Shown here one piece after another: positions 53,101 through 64,000 of a DNA stretch of 64,000 nt (the stretch's first letter is position 1; the number at the start of each line of letters is the position of its first letter). A program made the translations under genes and the position numbers. The notes beneath the pieces are model-generated. The model did no database searches. It was given only the letters and a program-made list of their open reading frames with translations, and was not told the DNA's origin. This DNA is from Nageia nagi (lineage: Eukaryota; Plantae; Pinophyta), in the NCBI GenBank assembly GCA_050084985.1, contig JBITNC010000001.1, forward strand, positions 186,062,001-186,126,000, written 5' to 3'.

Positions 53101-56100
53101 TCCTTTAGGTATGAAAGCTCATGGAGGCTCATCATATCAACATGTTGTTGAATGAATACTCTTGTACATTGAAACCATTTATGGTTAATGATTATATTAT
53201 AAAATAATTTGTTAAAATAGTTAAGTAGTTGATCTATTGTAAAACCATATATATTCTATTACTTTCTCAAATATGTACAAAGTTCTCATCTTCACTTGTA
53301 TCTTATGGAGGAGAAACTCTTTCTTACTCTTTCTCTTTGTCTTTTGACTCTCTACCCAATATTTAATTAAGAGGGAGTGTTGAAAATTGTAATGTAATAT
53401 TGTATAATATTTTTTTTAATTTAAATTCACTTAATATGTAAAGTATCTTAAGATACCTTAAAGCATTAAGAGAATAAATATAGAAACACCTTTAACCTTA
53501 CCCTTAGGTAAAAGGAAGTTAAAGGGGGGTTTATTCTTATAAATAGAGAGGTATCCCTTTCATTATGTAAATTAATAAAGCATTGTAATGTTCTCTTGTA
53601 GAGTTGTAGGAATGTCTTGTAAGAGTTTTGATGAGAATTTGTAAGAGAGTTGTATTGTGAGAAGTAATAGAATGATATTTCAAAGTGGATGTACTCCTAA
53701 GAGATGGAGGAACCACTATACATGATGTGTTATTTTTTATGTGATTGATTATTGGAGAAGCTTTGAGGTGATTTTGGTTTATAAAATATTTTTAATTTCA
53801 TTAACTTCTCTAGAAGGAGGAATGTTAGATTTGTTGGATAAGCTTTAAGGTGATCTTGGTTTATGGAATCCTTCAATTCCATCAGAAGGATGTGAAGAGA
53901 AAAAAATTATAATGAAAATATTTTGAAGATTCCTCATGTGGTCTAATGACATTATGGGATCTAAAAATAATGCAATTAGGAAGACATCAAGTGTAAATTC
54001 TTTCAATAAGGTACATTCATACCTTTATATACAATAATGAGCATAATTTTGAGTTTACTATTACAAATATGTATGCCTCCAATAACTTTGTTGATAGAAG
54101 AAGAGTGTTTGAGCTTCTAATAGAGATCAATTATCTTTTATGGATTCCCCTGGTTAATTGTGGGTGATTTTAATACCATTCGTCATCCTCATAAAATGTT
54201 TGGGAGTAGTAGGGAAAAGGAAATTGATATGGTATATTTGAAAAAAAATATATGATAATGACCTCATTGATATGGACTTAACTGGAGAAGAATTTACCTA
54301 TAATAAAATGAGAACTTAATGATGATCTTATCTAAACAAAACTAGACATTGTTGTCTACTCTCTTGCCTAATTTGTCAAATTCCTAAATTAATTCTTATG
54401 ATAAAACTAAGATTAAGTTTGATAATCTTCCATTACTTGTTTAGGTTTTCCCCTTCAAGAAAAAAAGAGCTTCTTCATATTTGAAAAATTTTGGCTTACC
54501 CATACTCATCTTGAAGAAAATATTGAGTCTTCGTGGAATATGAATGTTAGGGATACAAAAATATTTAAAATTTCCAAAAAACTAAGCCTTCCAAAAGAAA
54601 AATCAAATTTTGGTGTTGTAATAATTTCAAACACATATAAAAAGAAAAAGAGACCATTAAATTAGAACTTTATTATCTAGAACATCGAATCCAAAAAGAA
54701 GGTAGATAAAAAGAAACTACAATGTAGGAGGAAAACTTGAAAAATTAATACCAAACTATTCTAAAGAAAGAAGAAATATTTTAGAAGAAAAAATCCATAA
54801 CCACATGGATAAAATAAGGTGATCAAAATACTAAGTTCTTTAAACTTACTACATTGACAAGGAGAGCCTTTTATAAGATTAGAGGTATTGAACATGAAGA
54901 TGATAGAATAGTAGAAGAAGATAAAGAGATTAAGGAGTTGGTTGTGTCCTTCTACAAAAACCTCCTTTTAAAGGATATAGAAGAAGGACAAGATAAATCT
55001 AGATAATTACTATGTAACATCCCCTTATTAATTAGTGAAGATTATAATTTAAAGCTTACAACTTACTTTTCTAAAGAAGAGATTACCTCTACTATATTCA
55101 AAAAGGGAATGGATAAAGCCTCAGGTACTGATGGTTTCCCAACTAGATTCTTGTAGGAATTTTGGCATATCATAGGAGGTGATATTATCAAGTTTGATAA
55201 GGAATTCCAAAGGAATAAACATTACTTAAATATTGGAATACTACCTTATTGACCTTAATTCTAAAAATAAAAGGGCCTCCTAATGTAAACATTTTAGACC
55301 TATTATATTATATAATACAATTTATAAATTTTTCACAAACTTATGGCTAACATAATAGGACAAATACTCCCAAAACATATGGTGTTATGAGAGAAAGGTA
55401 GATTATGGATGGCATTATTCTAATGCATGAAATGGTGAATTCCATGAAGGTATAAAAATAAAAAGCTTTGCTAATTAAAATAGATATGCAGAAAGCTGAT
55501 GATCATGTTTCTTGGAAGCTTTTGGATTAGGTTCTTGAAATATTTGATTTTAGAAATCAATAAAGGACTTAGGTTAATCTATGCATTTCTACAACCACTT
55601 TCACTATTTTTGTTAATGGAGAAGTTGTGTGTTTTTTTAAATCCTTTAGAGGTTTGAGACAAGGTGATCTCATTTCCCCCTATTTATTTATCACTTTAGT
55701 TGAATCTTTAGGTAGGGCATTAAATAAGGCCAACCAATTAGGGATATTAGAGGTATCAAACTTATAAATGCTTATTCTCCAGTTACACATCATTAATTTA
55801 TTAATGATATCATAGTTATTGGAAAAGATAATATTAGAAAACTTCTAACCATGAAGGATATGTTGGATAAATATAAAGAGGCTTTGAGTTAAAAGATTAA
55901 CTATGATAAGAATAATATTTGTTTCTCCAACATTTGCCAATGGAGGAAGATTGAGATTGCTCACATCTTCCAATATCAAATGGGTGCTCTCCCTACTATC
56001 TAACTTGGTATTCTTCTCTTTGAAGGTAGTGTTTAGAGAACTTTCTCAAATATAGTTATGGATAGATCAGATAAAAAGCTTCTTGAGTGGAAAGCCACCT

Positions 56101-57031
56101 TCAAAGTATTCTAATGTATATTGATAGTGTTTTCAGAATCCCTACTCTTGTATCTAAAGAGATTAACCAAATATGTGCTAGATTTATTTGAAAAGGTACA
56201 AAAGAGAAGAAGCAGATAGCTTTTGTGTCTTGGGATATGGTGTGTAGGAAGAAACCTTAAGGAGGATTAGGAATTAGATAAATTAGATTAATCAGTTAGG
56301 CTTATAAGGATTAAACTTGCTTAGAAACTCTACCAGAATCAAGATAAACAATGGATTCATATGTGTAAATATAAATATTTTGAAGACATAAATAGTTTGA
56401 TTAGTATGAATAACCCCTTAAGAGGATCAAAATTCTAAAAAGGGCTAACATAAGTAGCAGATACCATTATTGGCAATTTCAAATGGGAGGTTAATAATAG
56501 CCAAACTATAGCCTTCTGGGATCATAGATGGTTAAATTCTAGGTCATTAGAAGATGAACATAAGTGATTCTACCTAATGATATAGGCTAAAACTAAACTA
56601 AGAATTAAAGTTACTAACTACCTTAAACATCAAGGTGATTCAATTGAATGAGCCTTCCTCATACTACTGATAATAATCTATCTTCTATTAAAGAAAACTT
56701 ATGTAGAAATTAGTGAGAACTAGATGTACCCAAAATAAAAACCTGATAATCTATTTTGGATAGATAAAAAAAGTAAAAATATGGAATATTTAATTAAATT
56801 AGGATACAACCATCTAAATAGAAATAAAAATAATATGAGGAAGCATTTATGGTTGAGTGTATAGATAAAAGGAATAATTCCTAAGTGGCATACTTTCTAT
56901 GGGCTGCTATATTGAACCAAATCCATACCAATGATATTCTAAAGAAAAAAGGGATGAGCTTCCCTAATAGAAGTATTATTTGTACTAAATAAAATGATTC
57001 ATTTTCTTACCTCTTCCTCTAATGTGAATTT
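50150..57031 (+). mobile_element. Near-complete decayed L1-clade LINE (ORF1, endonuclease, RT, zf-RVT) interrupted by an LTR element
   Basis: EN motifs NMYAS, PWLIVGDFN, LIDMDLTGEEFTY, FIFEKFWLTH; linker WIK*GDQNTKFF; RT motifs DKASGTDGF and RGLRQGDLISPYLF. Confidence 0.92.
51095..53884 (+). mobile_element. Non-coding LTR retrotransposon remnant (copia-like ends) nested in the LINE
   Basis: ~240-bp direct repeat at 51095 and 53378. Polypurine tract AAGAGGGAG precedes TGTTG at 53378; 3' end ...ATCA at 53884. Flanks GATGG and GAAGG form a 5-bp TSD with one mismatch. Confidence 0.75.
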
Positions 57032-60000
57032 GGGAATTGATCCCCCTACATCTATTATATCCTCTGGAAAGATAGAAATGTAAGGTCATTTAAGGAATGT
57101 AGCCAAAATGTTTACCAATTTTGGAAATAATACCTTAGTCTATTATTAAAAAATATTGCCCTCAATTGAACTCCACTAAAGATGCAAAGTCATTCCAATG
57201 GATCTACTTGCTCCCCTTAGAGACCAACCCCACCTCTATGGTTGGGGAAGGGAAGAGCATGTCTATGGACCCATGATGTAGCATTTACATATTGGTTTAA
57301 TAGAGGGGCTAGGATAGACCACCTTTGTGATTCAAACATTAATCACATCCCCCTCACACTATAGGCTTGAGTTACTCGATAAGGTGGCATGAATTATATT
57401 GCATTATCATAAAAAATTGAGGTATTGTACATGAAGGTGGTGTACTTTGATATTATTACTTTCTTACCCCATCAATGCTATCCATTATCTATTCATTGCA
57501 TGGTGTTGTAGCTATTGTAATTATGGGAAAGAATAGTTTGGCCAAGTCAAGTAACCATTGGGAGGTGAAAGATGATAGTCTAGTTTGGGAAATTTTGGGT
57601 TGAGGTGGTGTTCATAGATATATCATGAATTATCAGGTTCATAACCTTGCAAGTGAGGATGCAAATATTTCCAATTTCAATGAAAAATGGGCTATAATTG
57701 GGATTGTGCAAGTAAACTTGTTTATGGGTAACATTGTTGAAGCCAATGAGCTAAATCTAGACAAAAGAATGTTCAAAAGAAACTCTAATGTGATACTTGA
57801 GGAAATTCATTAATTATTCAAACTAGGTGAAGTGCTAGTTATAAAGAAGATTAACATTGATCGTAAAAAAATTCCTAATCCATAGGATAGAGTTGAAAAA
57901 TGGGTCACTAAGTACTTCATGTTGGATGGTAGGTACACTATCATTTTTGGATTCAATATCTTTTTTCTCTATCATTTGTATTAGGTGGGGGAGTTACTAG
58001 TCTATTTTTCATTAAGTCTATTAGGATTTCTATTAATCAAATTTATGATAAGGAGAAAAAGCAAATGAGGCATCTAGGTCTCATCACTTTTATGTATAGG
58101 AAAGCCTTAGCTAGAACCCTAGGGAAGAAAATTAAAATTGATCAAACTGTAGAGGATTTTTAAGCTATGAATATTTCTATGAAATACATTTAAAAGGATA
58201 CATGATGTAGAATAAATTTTGAAGAGCCATCACAATCTAAATCCTAGAACCCCAAAAAAGTTAGATCCTCTAAAATTTAGTCCAAAAGGAAGTTTTTAGT
58301 ATCAAATTCAAAGTGGGGATTTAATACAATTGAACCTTGAAAAAAGCTTAAAAGTGGTAAAGCCCAACCCAAAGAGGTTTTTACAAGATCTTAATGGGAT
58401 AAAATAATTGATGTTGTACCTAATAAGAATTGAAAAGTTCTACATGTTTAGGATAGTATCCCTTTGGAGGAATTGAAGGTTAATTCCCATTCTAGGATCT
58501 TAGGAACCTCACATGGATGAGTAAGGTGTGTATTCATCTACCTCTTCTAATGACCCTATGGAGATTCCTCATCCTAGGTCTCCCTCAATGTAAGAGGAGA
58601 AAACCTGGGTAACAATTTTGGAGCAATAGGGTCTAAAGGAGAGAATATGGTCTTAGGGGAAGTTAATAGAATAGCAACATCTCAAAAGCCAAAAGAAGAG
58701 AGTCCTCTACTAAAAAGGTTGATAGTAAGGATGTCTTGGTTGAATTAATGGATATAGGCCAGTATAAGGATGATACTAGAGGAGTTAACACTATTATGGA
58801 AATGGATAATCCAATGAAAATAGTTGTTTGGTCTCTTGTGATAAAGGAGGTAGAGAAGACCAAAAAAATTGATGTGATGGAAGAAGCACATCTAGAATGT
58901 ATCAAATAAAGGATCCAAGCATGATAGAAATGACAACAATTCTCCATATAAAGAGAAAGGAGTGTATGGAGGGTGATTAGTCTTTCCATTCTATATATGG
59001 GAAGAAAGGAAGCGAGCATAAATAGGTGAAGAAAGAGATGATTGGATGACCCCTCAATATTTCTCCCCAAGCATAAATCCCAACTAAATAATCAGTGCCC
59101 TCTAGATATCCCAATTTGATGCAATTTAGAATACATACTAGGGTGGATTCCAAGAAAATGAAAGAGAAGAAAATTCCAAAGTAACAAGGAAAGGAGGGAA
59201 AAAGGCTCCTATGATTTTATTGATGGTGTCTTTGTAGTTTGTTCTAGCATTTAATATAGTCAAAGCAAAATATATAGTGGATTGTATCCACTAAAGATAT
59301 TAGATAGTAGTTATATTTTTTGTATAGCAGTACTATTTTGGTTATATTTTACTAGTGTTGCTATTAATTTTTGGTTACCATCAAGTAGAGTTGGGTAGCA
59401 GTTTCCTCCTTTGGAAATCATTTTTGTGATCGATTTTTTTAGGATTGGGATAAAACCCTACACTTTTTGATAATATGATTTACCCTTATTATCAATCTAA
59501 TTTAAATATACTTAACCTAAATTTTTATTTTTTAAGGATATTTTAAATTTATTTCTAATTTGAAATAAAATTAACTCAAATTCCATCCTAGCTTCCCACA
59601 TTCAACCCATGGATTCATGAGTAGTGTAAAACCATTAGGCTATAGGAAAGCCATTGGTTTTTTAAATTAGTTCTTTAATATAGAAATTACATACTTTGTC
59701 TACCACCTTTAAGTAATTTTACTCTTAAGCTAGATTTAGTTCTCCATAAGAATATTCGTTTAACTTATAAGAAGTCCTTTATTATAATCCTATATAGGAT
59801 AACATTATTTTAAATTCCAAACTAAAGTATTAAATAAATGTTATAATATTTATTTGAAAACTATAATAATTTTCAAACACTATTATATATCAAGAATAAC
59901 CTTCTTTTTGCCACCCTCCTACTCTCCAGCCTTCATACACCCTCTCGACATCCTTTGAGACTATTATTGGGTCTACTTTGTCTCCTTTTTTATGGATCTA

Positions 60001-62359
60001 TAAATGATTTATCTGTCTATAAGCATTGATAGACTTCAACTAATTTGTCTATTCAATTTTAAGTGAAAAAATATTGATATTAAAGTTCCTTAATTAGAAC
60101 TAAACATAAAAAATGAGTATAAAGTTATGCATTTTTCATATGTAATAAGGTAATTTTAATGACCTCCAAGCTATTTATAGGAAAAAATAGCTCATTAGCA
60201 ACTTTATAGGAGCATGACCTAATGTAGACCATATTTATAAATGAACAAATACAAATTAAATAATACAAGGATATTTTGATATTATATTCCTCCTCGAAGT
60301 CTTCCTCCTTTTCATCTATAACCTATAAGCAAATATATACATGTTTGATCAGAAAGGTCCCTATATATTTGAAAAGAAGGGTTTCTTTTTTGCGAAAATG
60401 GTAAAAAATTTCTACTTGAAAAAGAAGGATATACTAGTCATTCCTACTTGGATCAATGGAATTTTGAAATGTCAATATCATTATTGGAATTGCAAACGTA
60501 ATTGAGATTATGATCATAATGGACAGCATCTCTAAAAATAAAATTAGAATAGTATCTGCCAAGTTTTATGTCAATTCCAATTTACCTAATGACATCCTAA
60601 ATAAGATCATGATCAATGCTAAATCATGTGGTTATGAATAGATCATGATCAATGCTAGATCTTTCTCCAATTTACCTAAAGAATTCTACCCAAATGTATT
60701 ATATGTAAGATGGTTGGTAATGTGTTTTGGGAGTTTTTAAAAAGAAAAAAGAACATTCTCCAAAAATGAGTAATGAAATAAATTGATCTATTAAGAATGT
60801 CAATATCAAAAACTTATTTAACACACTTGTTAATAAATTAGGAAAGTCGAGGAGGGTGAATTTAGGCTCAATGACCTCAATTAGGAGGCCCTTGAAAGCA
60901 AGGATAATAATATCAATGAAGTAAGTGCCAGTAGTCTTGTAGTAACCCAAAATATTGATCTTCACATTACACCATACTTAGTGTAAATTAGGTGTATGTG
61001 AAGCTTATTAGAACTAGAAGAAGCGAAATGGAAGATGATGACAAGGATCCTAGAGGTAGGTTACCATTAAGAAAATAAATAGAGAGATTATAAATGGCAT
61101 CCAACACAATCTAGAGTAGCATGGAGGTATGATTAACCCACAATCAACATGATTACAAGATCCTTAGTTTGAAACCCACTTCTATATTACTTTTTTTTTT
61201 TAATATTCAATGGAAAGAGCCACATTTGGATAAGTCACCAAATAACTCAAAGATCTTATTCACCACTAGAAAATCAATAACCAATATGATATTATCAATA
61301 AACTATGGAAGTATATTTTCCGTAATATTTGGTGGCTCATCTCGAGAAAATAAAATCATAGGACATTTAGGAATTGCATCAAGGATCTAGTTGTGCTTCA
61401 AGCCAAGCATAAAGTCCACATTAGTAAAAAATTTAAGCATTATTTTTCAATTAATAAGGATAACATAGATAAAAATGAAGTTATTATTTTGAAGAAAATA
61501 TCAACAATTTACCCTTTCATCTTGCAACTCATGAATCCTCAATTGTACCATTAACAATCTATGGTTTTGGACAATGATGATCTCTTTTGAAAATGACTCC
61601 CAACTTGAATTAAAACTTTACTGGTTGACAACCGTATCTTTTAGTTTTCTTTATAATTCCTTTAAAATCAGAATATTAAAATAAATTTCGAATTCGTATA
61701 TAAAAAATCCTATATATATAGAATTGAAAGCATCATGAATGAAGATGAAAAGGTATATTTGAGTGGATGATCCTAAATTATTAAGTTCCCTAATTTTGAC
61801 CAATATTTTAAAATCTGCAATAACTAAACTATTACATATGAACGTATAGAAACTTAGACGATGGTGGAAATGATGGACTGATACAATAGCATGAATTTTG
61901 TGGGGAATAGGATTTCATTTTTTTCTAAATAGTAAACTTTATCTTAATAATTTTACAATGTAAAATTCTGTGAGCTGAAAGGTGTTGTAAAACGTTTTTG
62001 ACAGTCAATAAAAATTAGTAACTGTTATCAATTTCTTAAGTAACGTTTCGGATTGTCAAATCTACTCCTGCTCAATGCCTGTTAATTTCCAAATAGGAAA
62101 ACTCTGGGTTGCTATAAACCAAACGTCGACGATTGGCATCCCAGCTCTATCCTCTATGACAAGCAGCAACTTTTTCTTAATCTAATATTAGCATTTATCT
62201 TTAACTTGTATGATTCGTTCAGATTGCCTTCAGCCCAAAACGGCATTTCGTATCTCATCATTGCCATGATGGAGATTCTATGGACAAACATCGTCCCGGA
62301 TAACAGGGCCAACTCCAAATCAAATCGGCTGGTTGGAATAACCAGCGACCACTTGCTCC

Positions 62360-62367
62360 TATTTAAA
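62360..62367 (+). promoter_or_regulatory. TATA-like box of copy 3
   Basis: cTATTTAAAag ending 48 bp upstream of ATG 62415. Confidence 0.6.
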
Positions 62368-62414
62368 AGCATACTACATGAAAATTGAAAGAACGTAGAG
62401 CTAGTGTTGTCGAC

Positions 62415-62783
62415 ATGGAGTCCGGGCGAAATTTTTTGGTAGTTTTTATGATAGTATTAGGTATGATTGTGTCAGCCTGGGCGGAATGCCAAATTACAGA
62501 CATTAAGGCTACGTTATTAAGCGTGAGTGGTAGCCAAGATTATTATGATATTGAAGTGGTGAATAACTGCAAATCCTGCGATGCCAGGGACGTGAGGCTG
62601 AAGCTGTTACTCCAGTCCGTTAACGGTGGACCAATTTCTTCGCATGTGGTGATGCCAAACGAGGGCAAACCCATTTTGAAAGCAGGTGGAATAGCCAGAT
62701 TCACTCAGTACGAGCAATTCCCTCAACATGTTCTTAGGCTACCTATCCAACCAATATCGGCCACCTTTATCAAGTGCAAATAA
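62415..62783 (+). CDS. Secreted cysteine-rich TPD1-like protein, copy 3, 122 aa (Q77H, E112Q, N120K relative to copies 1 and 2)
   Basis: ATG at 62415, TAA ending 62783. Three nucleotide differences from copy 2 seen, at 62645, 62748 and 62774. Confidence 0.85.
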   Translation: MESGRNFLVVFMIVLGMIVSAWAECQITDIKATLLSVSGSQDYYDIEVVNNCKSCDARDVRLKLLLQSVNGGPISSHVVMPNEGKPILKAGGIARFTQYEQFPQHVLRLPIQPISATFIKCK

Positions 62784-64000
62784 ACTCCTACATCTTTACT
62801 TCAGTTCAGAATGTAGCGTAGAATGTCTCTCATGTCGATATAAATAAAGCTTGTGAAGACAAGATATGAATCCTTTGGAAGGTTATCGATCTAAAAAAAT
62901 AATATTGTAATCCTTGCATAGATTAGATATAAAAGCAATCCATTCATAAGGTTTGAAGTGCTTTTATGTTAAATTGGTTCTTGATCCAAACTATATTGAT
63001 GGAAACATTAAATTATAACTTCTTAAAATGTGGTTGCTTAATTTAGTTAATAAATTTTATTAATAGATATTCCAATTTGAAATATAACATATTTTTTTTA
63101 TGATTTAATAGTTTTATAGTATTTACAATGGTTTATTTATTTTAATTGAGGAGTTACTCTTAAGAAATAGCATGTGGAACTTGAGCGCTTAAAAGGGGCA
63201 TTTTTAATATCAAGTTGAACTATTGGTATATATTTTTAATATCTTATAGGAGAAGGGTGTTTCAAATTCATACATACCTAGAAATAAATTCTAACAATTA
63301 AAAAATATGGCTACGAAAGAGGGTATAGGGGCTTTATTCATTTTGTACCCAAAGCTTCATATGATCACCTAGGTTGTTTGCTTTAGATAGCTTATGGGTA
63401 TATTTATTTGCCTTAGTTGAAGCAAGATTATGGGCATGCTTCACCATTTCAACAAGTTTGAATAAATAACTAAATTAAAATTTTATCTATTTCTTGTTAG
63501 AAATTCAATGTAATTATTAGATTTTAAATTATTTGACAAATAATTTCGTATAAAATTTATGTCCATTGATAGTACTTGAAGATTAAGTTTTGGTTCCTTA
63601 ATATTTAGATCCCTAAGTCTATTTTACCAAACCTACACTATTTGAAGGTAGTATTAATTAAATACTTGAAGCCTAAGTATCTAGAGCCAAAATAAATCCC
63701 TTCTCATTTTCATTTCATGTGTTTTTGTTGTGATTGATTTGGTCAATAGTGCTTTACCCATTAAAATTCTAAGGCCAACAAAATCTAATCAAATCCAAAA
63801 AGAATTGGAAGGCTTCATGGTTATCGATTTGCATGCTTATGCATGAAATGGTCAATTTCCTAACATCTTTGGTGCAATTTAAATCATGTTCAAGTCTAGT
63901 TTGTTTATATTTTATGCTCTAACAAGCTATTATGGTTATCAATGTATTCACCATGAAGGTATGAAATTGGTCTTCTTCACCATATTTTGTTTATTTCTTT

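Larger units (their letters stand above)
40050..64000. repeat. Segmental duplication unit 3 (most complete; runs off the window end)
   Basis: Same module order as unit 2. Gene-to-gene distance from unit 2 is 28,094 bp. Confidence 0.92.

Overview
AT-rich, strongly CpG-depleted land-plant nuclear DNA. A gymnosperm is plausible, but that is inference from repeat decay and PLS-PPR remnants. The window is a tandem segmental duplication with three units: unit 1 at ~1023-17430, unit 2 at ~17431-40049, and unit 3 from ~40050 to the window end. Each unit carries one intact, intronless 122-aa gene for a secreted, 4-cysteine TPD1-like protein (15822-16190 minus, 34321-34689 plus, 62415-62783 plus) in a small CpG-retaining island. 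Nearly everything else is decayed LINE and LTR retroelement DNA plus a PLS-class PPR pseudogene. Both unit junctions hold the same composite block: a ~1.5-kb TTTTTAGG-core minisatellite, a spacer, and a telomere-like (TTTTAGGG-TTAGGG)n tract. The block is bracketed by ~65-bp inverted repeats stitched from fragments of the neighbouring PPR pseudogene. Unit 1 has a 5.2-kb inversion of the gene segment and a ~6.6-kb deletion, both with short templated inserts and microhomologies. All comparisons were made by eye, and transposon boundaries are approximate.
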